Positions 55,390 through 64,000 of a DNA stretch of 64,000 bases are shown here, piece after piece; position 1 is the stretch's first letter; each line of letters begins with the position of its first letter. Origin of the DNA: an uncultured Acidobacteriota bacterium. Lineage in GTDB: Bacteria > Acidobacteriota > Thermoanaerobaculia > Multivoradales > UBA5704. The position numbers and the translations under genes are program-made. The stretch is from positions 2,496,001 through 2,560,000 of the forward strand of contig CAVYRF010000002.1 of assembly GCA_963770895.1 (NCBI GenBank), given 5' to 3'. The notes below the pieces were generated by a model. It did not search any database and was not told the DNA's origin. It was given only the letters and a program-made list of their open reading frames with translations.

Positions 55390-55925
55390 GGCTTGCCGGC
55401 CGCCGGCGCCGACGCCGACGACGCCGGCGGCGTGGCGGTGGCGGGGGTGCCGGCGAGCTGCTGGACGCGGGTGATGAGGTCGCTGGTGGCATGGTCCTTG
55501 GGGTCGCCGACCAGCGCCGTGCGGCCGCCGTAGGCGCGCACCACGTCGTACTCGGGCACGCGCTCCGGCACGCCGTAGTCGGTGCCCTTGCAGTGCACGT
55601 CGGGGCGCAGGCTGGCCAGCAGAGCGGCGGGGGAGTCCTGGTCGAAGACCACCACGAAGTCGACCGGCGCCAGCGCCGCCAGCAGCTCGGCGCGCTCGCC
55701 GGCGGGCACCAGCGGCCTGCCGCGGCCCTTCAGGCGGGCCACCGAGGCGTCGCCGTTGATCGCCACCACCAGCGCATCCGCCTGCGCGCGGGCCGCCTGC
55801 AGGTAGCGCAGGTGACCGACGTGCAGCAGGTCGAAGTGGCCATTGGCGAAGGCGATCCGGCGGCCCGCCAGGCGCAGCTCCGCCAGCCGCGCCGCAAGGT
55901 CCTGCTCGCTCAGGACGACGCCCAT
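55386..55925 (-). CDS. D-glycero-D-manno-heptose-1-phosphate adenylyltransferase (RfaE domain II / HldC)
   Basis: [31 protein letters not shown]. Confidence 0.88.
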   Translation of the reverse strand: MGVVLSEQDLAARLAELRLAGRRIAFANGHFDLLHVGHLRYLQAARAQADALVVAINGDASVARLKGRGRPLVPAGERAELLAALAPVDFVVVFDQDSPAALLASLRPDVHCKGTDYGVPERVPEYDVVRAYGGRTALVGDPKDHATSDLITRVQQLAGTPATATPPASSASAPAAGKP

Positions 55926-56965
55926 CGCAGCTCCTCCAGCGGCCGGGGGTCGGCACGGATCACCCGCCGCAGCTCGTCCGGGCCCAGGGTGGCGGTGCGC
56001 GCCTTCATCACCACCACGCCGCCGGCATAGTTGGCCAGGATCGCTGCCTCCAGCGGCGTGGCGCCGGCTGCCAGGGCCAGCGCGCAGGCGCCGATCACGG
56101 TGTCGCCGGCGCCGGTGACGTCGGCCACCTGGTCGCCGCCGGAAACCGGCAGGTGGGCGGCGCCGCCGCCTGTCCGGAACAGGCTCATGCCGCGGCTGCC
56201 GCGGGTCACCAGCAGGAATCCGACCCCCAGGCGGTCCAGTCCCAGGCGGCCGGCGCGCTCGACCGAGCCCGGATCGTCGTCGTGGATGCGCTGGCCGAGC
56301 AGCGCTTCGGCCTCTTCCTGGTTGGGGGTGGCGCCGTCGAGGCCGGCGAAGGCGGCCAGCCGGTAACGGCTGTCGCCCACCAGCGGCGCCCCCGGCGCCA
56401 GCGCCTCCTTGAGGGGCGCCACCAGCGCCGGATCCACCGTGCCGTAGCCGTAGTCGGAGACGATGCCGGCGCGCGCCAGGCCGCGCCAGCCGGCGAGCGC
56501 CGCGGCGAAGCGCTGCCGCTCGGCCGCCGCCAGCGCCAGCGAGTCTTCGATGTCGTAGCGCACGATCTGCTGCTTGACCTGGCTGGGGCCGCCGCCCAGG
56601 ATGCGCACCTTGGTGGGGGTGCGGAAGCCCCGCCGCACCGCCACGCCGTCGGTCGCCACGCCGAGCGCCGCCAGCCGCTCGCACAGCCGTTCGCCGTTGG
56701 CGTCGTCGCCCACCACGCCCAGCGGCAGCGGCGTGCCGCCGAGCGCCGCCACGTTGGCCACCGCGTTGGCGCCGCCGCCGGGGAGCAGCAGCTCTTCCTG
56801 GAAGCGCAGGATCAGCACCGGCGCTTCGCGGCTGATCCTTTTGGGCTCGCCGGTGACGAACACGTCCGCCACCATGTCCACCAGCATCAGGATCCGCTGG
56901 CCCGCCATCCCATCCACCAGCGCCAGCAGCCGCTCAGTCGTCGGAACTATTTCTCTATCAGTCAT
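55910..56965 (-). CDS. D-glycero-D-manno-heptose-7-phosphate kinase (RfaE domain I / HldA, PfkB family)
   Basis: [35 protein letters not shown]. Confidence 0.9.
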   Translation of the reverse strand: MTDREIVPTTERLLALVDGMAGQRILMLVDMVADVFVTGEPKRISREAPVLILRFQEELLLPGGGANAVANVAALGGTPLPLGVVGDDANGERLCERLAALGVATDGVAVRRGFRTPTKVRILGGGPSQVKQQIVRYDIEDSLALAAAERQRFAAALAGWRGLARAGIVSDYGYGTVDPALVAPLKEALAPGAPLVGDSRYRLAAFAGLDGATPNQEEAEALLGQRIHDDDPGSVERAGRLGLDRLGVGFLLVTRGSRGMSLFRTGGGAAHLPVSGGDQVADVTGAGDTVIGACALALAAGATPLEAAILANYAGGVVVMKARTATLGPDELRRVIRADPRPLEELRWASS

Positions 56966-57016
56966 TTGCGCAGCCGGATTGTAGCAGGAGGGGGAGCGGC
57001 TGGTAAGCTAACCGGC

Positions 57017-57514
57017 ATGGGTGAACCGATGCCGGCGTCAGCTGCGGGCGGGCTTGCGAGCGGGGCCGCGCTGACCACCACGCACCAGGGGATCTTCGCC
57101 TGGGCGCGAGCCGCCGGGATGCGGCCGGTGCGGCTCGGCCTGGCCTGCTGCGCGGTCGAAATGACGGCGGCGGTCGGGCTCGGCGACGCGGACGGGAGCG
57201 CGGCGGCGGCGCCGCCGCCGGTCACCGCGCCGGCGGCGAGCGACGTGCTGATCGTCGCCGGGACGGTGAGCGAAAAGCTGGTGCCGTGGCTGCGCGACCT
57301 GTGGGAGCAGATGCCGGCGCCCAAGTGGGCGGTGGCGGTGGGGGCCTGCGCCAGCTGCGGCGGGCCGTTTGCCACCTACGCCGTCACCCAGGGGATCGAC
57401 CGCGTGCTGCCAGTTTCCGTCTACGTGCCGGGCTGTCCGCCGGCGCCCGAGGCGCTGCTGCTCGGTCTCATGCACCTGGCCAAGAAGATCGAGCGCGAAC
57501 GGAGGCGGCGCTGA
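57017..57514 (+). CDS. nuoB: NuoB-like 4Fe-4S subunit
   Basis: GLACCAVEM, QMPAPKW, GACASCGG, PGCPP. Confidence 0.85.
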   Translation: MGEPMPASAAGGLASGAALTTTHQGIFAWARAAGMRPVRLGLACCAVEMTAAVGLGDADGSAAAAPPPVTAPAASDVLIVAGTVSEKLVPWLRDLWEQMPAPKWAVAVGACASCGGPFATYAVTQGIDRVLPVSVYVPGCPPAPEALLLGLMHLAKKIERERRRR

Positions 57515-58110
57515 GCGTCGATCCGCTGTTGGGCGAGCTGCGCCAGGAGCTCGGCGACGCCATCGTCGCGACGTCGGAAGGCGCCGCGCCCGGCGCCGCC
57601 AACTCTGCAAGCGCCGCGGCCGGCGCCGCCAACTCCGAAGGCGCCGTGAGCGCTGGCAGGCATCCGTCGTCGCTGCTCACCATCGAGGTGCGGTGCGCGG
57701 AGCTGGGACGGGTCGCGGGGCTGCTCTACGGGCGCTTTCGCTTCACCTTCCTGGCGGACCTGTGCGCCGCCGACGATCCCGGTCTGCCGCAGCGCTTCCA
57801 GGTGGTGTATCACCTGTATAGCTTTCGCGAGAACCGCCGCCTGCGCTTGCGGGTGCGCGCCGCCCAGGGCGAACCGGTGCCGAGCGTCCGCGGCGTGTGG
57901 CGCGCCGCGGATTGGCCCGAGCGCGAAGCCCACGAGATGCTGGGGGTGACCTTCGGCGGCCACCCCGACCTGGCGCCGCTGCTGCTGTGGGAGGGCTTCG
58001 CCGGCCATCCGCTGCGCAAGGACTTCCCGCTGGCGGGCCTGGCGACCGGCGCCGCGCCGGCGCTGGCGCCGGAACTGCCCCAGCCCCCGGCGGACGGTGG
58101 CCCCGCTTGA
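57511..58110 (+). CDS. nuoC: NuoC-like subunit (start uncertain)
   Basis: RFQVVYHLYS, ADWPEREAHEMLG..F.GHP, GHPLRKDFPL. Confidence 0.85.
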   Translation: MSVDPLLGELRQELGDAIVATSEGAAPGAANSASAAAGAANSEGAVSAGRHPSSLLTIEVRCAELGRVAGLLYGRFRFTFLADLCAADDPGLPQRFQVVYHLYSFRENRRLRLRVRAAQGEPVPSVRGVWRAADWPEREAHEMLGVTFGGHPDLAPLLLWEGFAGHPLRKDFPLAGLATGAAPALAPELPQPPADGGPA

Positions 58111-59273
58111 GCGACCTGGCGACCGCCGCCACGGCCGAGCTGGCGTTCGGGCCGCGGCATCCGGCGATGCAGGGGATGCTGCGGCTGCGCCTGACTCTCG
58201 ACGGCGACACCGTCGTCGATTGCCGGCCGCTGATCGGCTACGGGCATCGCGGCCTGGAAAAGCTGTTCGAAGGCTACTCGCTGCGCGACAACGTGGCGCT
58301 CACCGACCGGCTCGACTTCGTCGCCGCGGCCGCCGCCAACATCGCCTACGCCGGCGCGGTGGAGCGGCTGCTGGGGCTGGACGCGCCGCCGCGGGCGCGC
58401 TATCTGCGCGTGGTCCTGGCGGAGCTGCAGCGCCTGGCGTCGCACCTGCTGTGGCTGGGCACCTTCGCCGAGGACGCCGGCGTGCCGGCGCTGCTGGCGC
58501 CCTGCCTGCACCGGCGCGAGCAGGTGCTGGACCTGCTGGCGGCATACTGCGGCGCCCGGCTGACGCTGCGCTGCGCGCTGCCCGGCGGCATGCCGCGCGA
58601 CGCGCCCGACGGCTGGCTTGCCGCCTGCGGCCAGCTGGCGGCGGCGGCGCCGGCCTGGGTGGACGGTTGGGAGGCGGCGCTGGCGGCGGATCGCATCTTC
58701 CGCAACCGCACCGTCGGGTTGGGCCTGCTGGCGCCCGAAACGGCGATCGCGCTGGGCGTGACCGGCCCCTGCCTGCGCGCCAGCGGCGTCGATTTCGACC
58801 TGCGGCGGGCGCTGCCGTACGACGCTTACGACGCCCTCGACGTCGAGGTGCCGCTGCGACAGAACGGCGATGCCTACGATCGCTGCCTGGTCCGGCTGGC
58901 CGACATGCGGCAGGCGGCGCTGCTGGTCACCCAGGCGGTCGAGCGCATGCCCGCCGGGCCGGTCGGGCCGGCCGCGGCGCCGCCGGATGAGGCGCCGCCG
59001 GATGAGACGGCGCCAGCCGGCGCGTGGCAAGACGAGGTCTACTTTGCCGTGGAAGGGCCGCGTGGGGAGCTCGGTTTCTACGTTGCCGTGGCCGGCCGGG
59101 CGGCGGGTGCGGCGGCTCCCAGCCTGGATGAGGCGCCGCGCCGGTGTCATGTGCGCTCGCCGTCGCTCTTCTGTTTGCAGGCGCTGCCCGAGATGGCCCG
59201 CGGCCACGAGGTCGGTGAGCTGGTGGTGCTGCTGGGGTCGTTGGACCTGGCGCTCGGCGAAGTGGATCGCTGA
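58107..59273 (+). CDS. nuoD: NuoD-like subunit with substituted quinone-site residues
   Basis: FGPRHPAMQGMLRL, GYGHRGLEK, ELQRLASHL, TGP.LRASG, EGPRGE, C-terminal LGEVDR. The TTG start overlaps the nuoC stop. Confidence 0.82.
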   Translation: MSDLATAATAELAFGPRHPAMQGMLRLRLTLDGDTVVDCRPLIGYGHRGLEKLFEGYSLRDNVALTDRLDFVAAAAANIAYAGAVERLLGLDAPPRARYLRVVLAELQRLASHLLWLGTFAEDAGVPALLAPCLHRREQVLDLLAAYCGARLTLRCALPGGMPRDAPDGWLAACGQLAAAAPAWVDGWEAALAADRIFRNRTVGLGLLAPETAIALGVTGPCLRASGVDFDLRRALPYDAYDALDVEVPLRQNGDAYDRCLVRLADMRQAALLVTQAVERMPAGPVGPAAAPPDEAPPDETAPAGAWQDEVYFAVEGPRGELGFYVAVAGRAAGAAAPSLDEAPRRCHVRSPSLFCLQALPEMARGHEVGELVVLLGSLDLALGEVDR

Positions 59274-59402
59274 GGTCATCGCCCACGGGACGTGCCATTT
59301 TGGCGCTCGATCCGCGGGCTTTGGCGCGCCGCGGCCGTCGTATCCTTGCCGAACCGGGGGCATGGGCGGGCGCTGCCGCCCGCGGTGGGTGGCTGGCCGA
59401 CA

Positions 59403-59418
59403 AGGCATTCATCTTGCT
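59403..59418 (+). promoter_or_regulatory. Possible sigma-54 -24/-12 promoter
   Basis: AGGCATTCATCTTGCT gives GG-N10-GC with TTGCT, about 140 nt upstream of the ABC operon. Confidence 0.35.
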
Positions 59419-59556
59419 GATGCGCGAGACGGCGGCTGCGGACGAGCGGCCTGACGGCCGCTGCCCGCTCGTGGACCAACCGGGACAACGGACCGGTCCG
59501 CGCGCCGCGGTTCGCCATCAACGGCAAAGCGCTCACCAGGTGGAGGCGTCAGGGGG

Positions 59557-60612
59557 ATGATCGAAGCACAGAGCTTGAGCCGCAAGTTTGGCGACTTCAC
59601 CGCCGTGGACGGCGTGTCGTTTGCCGCCGCGGATCACGAGATCCTGGGGATCCTGGGTCCGAACGGTGCCGGCAAGACGACTACCATCCGCATGATCACG
59701 GGGTTCCTGCCGCCCACCGGGGGCCGGGTGACGGTCGCCGGGCACGACCTGTTCGAGGCGCCGACCCAGGTCCGCCGCGAGCTCGGATACCTGCCCGAGA
59801 ACGTCGCCCTCTACCCCGAGATGCGGGTCGACGAATACCTGGGCTACCGCGCCCGGCTGGAGGGGCTGGTCGCCGCCGAAGCGCGCAGCTCGATCGCGGA
59901 ATCGATCGACCGCTGCCTGCTGGGCGACGTGCGTCACCAGATCATCGGCACGCTGTCCAAGGGCTACCGCCAGCGGGTCGGACTGGCCACGGCGATCCTC
60001 CACCATCCGCGCGTGCTGGTGCTGGACGAACCCACCGTCGGCCTGGATCCCAAGCAGATCATCGCCATCCGCGAGCTGATCCGCGAGCTGGGGCGCGAGC
60101 GGACGCTGCTGCTGTCCACCCACATCCTGCCCGAGGTCGAGCTGCTCTGCGACCGGGTGCTGATCATCGATCGCGGCCGCATCGCCGCCGAAGGCACGCC
60201 CGAAGCGCTGCGCCAGTCCTTTGTCGGCAACACCGGCGTCCGGGTGCTGCTCAAGGACGCTCCCGTCGACGCCCGCGCCGCCCTGGAGAGCCTGGCGGGC
60301 GTGCTGGCGGTGCATCCCGGCGCCGCCGGCGACGGCAGCTTCGTTCTGGAGTGCGAACGCGGCGCCGACCCGCGCGAGCAGGTGTTCCACGCCGCGGTCG
60401 AGCGCCGCTGGGTGCTGCTCGAGCTGGCGCAGGAGCGCGCCTCGCTCGAAGACGTCTTCGTCCGCCTCACCACGCGCGACCTGGCGAGCGAAGCGCACCA
60501 CGACTCGCACGATTCCCATGATTCCCACGACCCGGACAACGCGACCGTCCCCGGCGACCACCACGGTACGCCGCCCGACGCCTCCGGCGAGAACAGCGAG
60601 GTGCCGTCGTGA
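59557..60612 (+). CDS. ABC-2 transporter ATPase (GldA-like)
   Basis: [32 protein letters not shown]. Confidence 0.92.
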   Translation: MIEAQSLSRKFGDFTAVDGVSFAAADHEILGILGPNGAGKTTTIRMITGFLPPTGGRVTVAGHDLFEAPTQVRRELGYLPENVALYPEMRVDEYLGYRARLEGLVAAEARSSIAESIDRCLLGDVRHQIIGTLSKGYRQRVGLATAILHHPRVLVLDEPTVGLDPKQIIAIRELIRELGRERTLLLSTHILPEVELLCDRVLIIDRGRIAAEGTPEALRQSFVGNTGVRVLLKDAPVDARAALESLAGVLAVHPGAAGDGSFVLECERGADPREQVFHAAVERRWVLLELAQERASLEDVFVRLTTRDLASEAHHDSHDSHDSHDPDNATVPGDHHGTPPDASGENSEVPS

Positions 60613-61349
60613 AGGCATTGTGGGCCGTCTTCCTGCGCGAGCTGCGCGCCTATTTCGTGTCGCCGCTCGCCTACCTGGTGCTGTTTTTCTTCCTGCTGTA
60701 CAACGGCTTCGTCTTCTCGACCGTGGTCAGCTACCTGAACAATCCGCAGGCCCCCAGCATCGAGCGGCCGCTCGACAGCATGTTCCAGGGGTTCTTCTTC
60801 TGGATCCTGCTGCTGTTCCTCTGCACCGTGCTGACCATGCGGCTGATCTCCGAGGAGCTGCGCTCGGGATCGATCGAAGTGCTGATGACCGCGCCGGTCA
60901 CGGAGGTCCAGGTGGTGCTCGGCAAGTACCTGGCGGCGCTGACGTTCTACTGCGCCCTGTGGGCGCCGACCGTGAGCTATGCGCTGATCGTCGGCCACTA
61001 CGCGCGCGTCGATTGGGGGCCGATCGCCGGCGGCTACTTCGGCATCTTCTGGCTGGGGGCGCTGTTCCTTGCGATCGGCCTGCTGTTTTCGGCGCTCACC
61101 CGCAGCCAGCTGCTGGCCGCCATCATGACCTTCGCGGTGCTCACCATCCTGTTCGTGGTCGGCCTGCTGGAAAATCTTTTCAACGGCGACGCCGCCCGCC
61201 AGGCGCTCAGCTATGTCGACCTGTACGGCCACATGGAGGAGATGCACAAGGGCATCATCGATACCCGCCACCTGATCTATTACGGATCGGCGATCTTCTT
61301 TTTCCTCTTCCTCGCCAGCCGGGCGCTCGAAGACCGCAAGTGGAGGTGA
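60609..61349 (+). CDS. ABC-2 permease (GldF-like)
   Basis: RELRAYF.SPLAY, TMRLISEE.RSG.IE.L.T.P, multiple TM segments. Confidence 0.9.
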   Translation: MKALWAVFLRELRAYFVSPLAYLVLFFFLLYNGFVFSTVVSYLNNPQAPSIERPLDSMFQGFFFWILLLFLCTVLTMRLISEELRSGSIEVLMTAPVTEVQVVLGKYLAALTFYCALWAPTVSYALIVGHYARVDWGPIAGGYFGIFWLGALFLAIGLLFSALTRSQLLAAIMTFAVLTILFVVGLLENLFNGDAARQALSYVDLYGHMEEMHKGIIDTRHLIYYGSAIFFFLFLASRALEDRKWR

Positions 61350-61353
61350 CCGG

Positions 61354-62811
61354 ATGGAAACCTTGAGGCGCCGGCGGCTGGTCAAGACGGGTACCCTGTC
61401 GGCGGGCGCGCTGCTGATCCTGGCGCTGCTCGTCATGCTCAACTACTTTGGCTGGAAGTACTACAAGCGTTTCGACTGGACCGGCAGCCGGATCTACTCG
61501 CTGTCGCCCAAGAGCCAGGAGGTGCTCAAACACCTCAACCACGACGTCGACGTGGTGATGCTGATCCCGATCGGCTCCAACGTCTACGAGCAGAGCCGCG
61601 AGCTGCTGCAGCGCTTCGCCTCCGCCTCGCCGCACGTCCACCTGCAGGTGGTGGATCCCGAAAAGAACCCGGCGCGCGCCGCGCAGCTGCAGCAGAGCTA
61701 CGGCCTCACCGCCCCCAGCGTGGTGTTCGCCTCGGGCGCCGACCGGCGGGTGGTGGACACCGCCGACATGGCCGACATGGATTACTCCGGCATGCAGCTG
61801 GGCCAGCAGCCCGAAATGACCGGCTACAAGGGCGAGCAGCTCTTCACCAGCGCCCTGCTGCAGCTGAGCGAAGGCCGCAAGCCGAAGATCCTGTTCACCA
61901 CCGGCCACGGCGAACGGGCGCTCGACGACACCCAGGGGCGCGGCCTGTCCAACGCCCGCCAGCTGCTGGGCGCCGACAATTTCCAGATGGAGGAGTGGGC
62001 GTCGCTCGGCAAGCCGGCGGTGCCGGACAAGACCGACCTGGTGGTGATCGCCGGCCCCACCAGCTCGTTCGTCACCCCCGAGCTGAACGCGCTTGCGGCC
62101 TACCTGCACGGCGGCGGGCGCATCCTGGTGCTGCTCGATCCGACGCTCGCGGGCGGGAAGGTCGTCGACACCGGCCTGGAAGGGTGGCTGGCCGGCTACG
62201 GCATCAAGGTGGACAACGACATCGTCGTCGACCCGGCCAGCGCCCTGCCGTTCTTCGGCTCCGAAACGCTGTTCGCCAAGGACTACGCCGATCATCCGAT
62301 CACCAAGGCGCTGCGCTCGGGGAACCTCCCGGTGCTGGTCAGCCTTGCCCGTTCGGTGCGCAAGGGTGAGGCGCCGCCCGCGGCCGGCGCCCAGGTGACC
62401 GAGCTGATGCACACCTCCAGTCAGGGTTGGGGCGAAACCGACCTGGCCCACCTGGATGCCGTCGCCAAGGACGCCAACGACGTGCAGGGTCCGGTGTCGC
62501 TCGGCGTGGCGGCGGAGATCGCGGGTCAGGGCGGGGCGCGCCCCTCCCGCCTGGTGGTCTTCGGCGATTCCGACTTTGCCTCCAACCAGCTGGTGCAGCA
62601 GGCCGCTCCCAACGCCATGCTGCTTGCCAACTCGCTCAACTGGCTGGTCGAGCGCGTCAGCCTGCTGGGCATTCCGCCGCGTCGCACCGAGCAGGTGCGG
62701 CTCAGCCTGACGCAAGGCGAGCTGCGCACGGTGTATTTCCTGTCGATGCTGCTGCTGCCTGGCCTGGCCGCCGCCGCCGGCATCTTCGTCCGCTTCCGCC
62801 GCCGGCGGTAG
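61354..62811 (+). CDS. GldG-like ABC auxiliary component
   Basis: N-terminal TM, DWT....YSLS, F.TGHGE, VFGDSDF, NWL, C-terminal TM followed by RRRR. Confidence 0.88.
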   Translation: METLRRRRLVKTGTLSAGALLILALLVMLNYFGWKYYKRFDWTGSRIYSLSPKSQEVLKHLNHDVDVVMLIPIGSNVYEQSRELLQRFASASPHVHLQVVDPEKNPARAAQLQQSYGLTAPSVVFASGADRRVVDTADMADMDYSGMQLGQQPEMTGYKGEQLFTSALLQLSEGRKPKILFTTGHGERALDDTQGRGLSNARQLLGADNFQMEEWASLGKPAVPDKTDLVVIAGPTSSFVTPELNALAAYLHGGGRILVLLDPTLAGGKVVDTGLEGWLAGYGIKVDNDIVVDPASALPFFGSETLFAKDYADHPITKALRSGNLPVLVSLARSVRKGEAPPAAGAQVTELMHTSSQGWGETDLAHLDAVAKDANDVQGPVSLGVAAEIAGQGGARPSRLVVFGDSDFASNQLVQQAAPNAMLLANSLNWLVERVSLLGIPPRRTEQVRLSLTQGELRTVYFLSMLLLPGLAAAAGIFVRFRRRR

Positions 62812-62822
62812 GTGCCTCCGCG

Positions 62823-64000
62823 ATGCGTCCGCGTACCCTTCTCATCCTGGCCGTGGTGGTGGCGGCGCTCGCCGCCTTCCTCTATTTCTACGGGCGCGAC
62901 CTGCCGTCCAGCGACGAGCTCGCCCAGCGCGCCAAGCACGTGCTCGACTTCAAGAAGGACCAGGTGACGCGGATCGCCATCGATACCGACGGGCGGACGG
63001 TGGTGCTGGAGAAGCAGGCCGCCGCGCCTGCCGCCACCGCCGCCGATGGCAAGGACGCTGCCGCCGGCAGCGCCGCGGCTGCCGCCACGCCGCCCGGCGC
63101 CGGCGCCGCTGCCGCCGATTGGCGCATCGTGCGGCCGCTGGCCGCCCGCGCCGACGCCGGGGCGGTGGAGGCGCTGCTCGACAGCCTGGCCAGCCTCGAC
63201 CACACGCGCATCCTCGACGCGGTGGTGCCGGGCCAGGTCGGGCTGGACAGGCCGCGTGCCGTGGTCGCCCTGACCGTCGCCGGCAAGCCGGCCGCGACGG
63301 TGCTGCGGGTGGGTGCCGCGGTCCCCACCGGCGGCGAGATGATCGTCGGCGTCAGCGGCCGGCCGCAGGCCTACGTGGTCGGCGATGCGCTGCTCGGCGA
63401 CCTGCGCAAAAAGCCCGGCGACTGGCGCGACCACCAGCTCTTCCACGGCGACCGCGACCGCGTCGAGCGGCTGTCCTGGACGACCGCCGGCGGCCCGCGG
63501 GTGGCGCTGGCGAAGCGGGGAGACGGCTTCTGGCTGGAAAGCCCGCTGGTCGACCGCGCCGACCGCGACCAGGTCGAAAAGCTGTTGACCGACCTGACCG
63601 GGCTCGCCGCCGAACATTTCCTCGATCCGCCGGCGCCGCCCGCCGCCCAGCTCGGTCTGGAGCCGCCGCAGACCGCGCTGGAGGCGGTGGTGAACGGCCA
63701 GCCGGCGCCCTTCGTCGTGCAGCTGGGGAGCAGCCACACCGTGGCCGCGCCCCCGGTGGAGGCCGGCGCTCCCGATTCGACCGCCTCGCTGACCTACGCG
63801 CGCGTCGGCGGCACCCTGGTCGACACCCGCTCGCAGCTCGCGCAGACGCTCGCCAAGCCGGCCGCCGACTGGCGCTCGACCCAGCTTTCGGGACTGGAGG
63901 TCCACCAGGTGGACTCCGCCGTGGTGCGCGCCGATCAGCCCGGCGCGGCGCCGCTGGTGCTCACCCGCAGCGGCACCGACTGGAAGCGCGGCGCGGTGCC
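62823..64000 (+). CDS. DUF4340-like membrane-anchored protein (3'-truncated by window)
   Basis: ATG 62823 gives MRPRTLLILAVVVAALAAFLYF (TM anchor), then repeated W....P...RAD...V..LL..L units. This is the usual fourth gene of GldAFG-type operons. Confidence 0.8.
   Translation, partial: MRPRTLLILAVVVAALAAFLYFYGRDLPSSDELAQRAKHVLDFKKDQVTRIAIDTDGRTVVLEKQAAAPAATAADGKDAAAGSAAAAATPPGAGAAAADWRIVRPLAARADAGAVEALLDSLASLDHTRILDAVVPGQVGLDRPRAVVALTVAGKPAATVLRVGAAVPTGGEMIVGVSGRPQAYVVGDALLGDLRKKPGDWRDHQLFHGDRDRVERLSWTTAGGPRVALAKRGDGFWLESPLVDRADRDQVEKLLTDLTGLAAEHFLDPPAPPAAQLGLEPPQTALEAVVNGQPAPFVVQLGSSHTVAAPPVEAGAPDSTASLTYARVGGTLVDTRSQLAQTLAKPAADWRSTQLSGLEVHQVDSAVVRADQPGAAPLVLTRSGTDWKRGAV

Noticed and set aside
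57017-59273. NuoBCD as a group 4 [NiFe]-hydrogenase
   Set aside because: The large subunit lacks both CxxC nickel-binding motifs and ends in the NuoD-type GEVDR.
59276-59560. Small ORFs between nuoD and the ABC ATPase (possible nuoA/nuoI remnant)
   Set aside because: No TM helices or CxxCxxC ferredoxin motif; treated as intergenic.

Overview
High-GC bacterial chromosomal window made up mostly of housekeeping genes. It looks like a Gram-negative organism (lpxH, ADP-heptose genes, Mla, type IV pilus ATPases). Gene content and style suggest Acidobacteriota, possibly Thermoanaerobaculia-like, but this is inference only. In order, the window holds: the tail of an NRPS-type cluster (PLP decarboxylase, mbtH, type II thioesterase, Sfp-type PPTase); an M61 peptidase; kynB with a ferritin-like gene and a 3-hydroxyacyl-CoA dehydrogenase; folE, a GWxTD lipoprotein, fabH and an atypical ClpX-like ATPase; mlaEFD with UDP-sugar genes; plsC-mrp-lpxH; an oppositely oriented two-gene unit encoding a small secreted peptide and a zinc-anti-sigma-like/TPR protein; an MBL hydrolase and aroA; a ~1235-aa TPR sigma-54 activator; a tandem MerR-HTH/AT-hook candidate nucleoid protein; mglA-like-nrdR-hsp20-lon-thiL; the CIRCE-controlled hrcA-grpE-dnaK-dnaJ-prmA-rsmE operon; ilvE-pilT-recX-alaS; pilB; heptose genes; an orphan nuoBCD-like module; and a GldAFG/DUF4340 ABC operon cut by the window end. 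I saw no rRNA, tRNA, CRISPR array or transposase. The best novelty candidates are (1) the secreted peptide + ZAS-TPR pair, a possible peptide-sensing system, (2) the dual-HTH/AT-hook protein, and (3) the stand-alone NuoBCD module whose quinone-binding residues are substituted. All product calls come from motif recognition by eye; no database searches were run.
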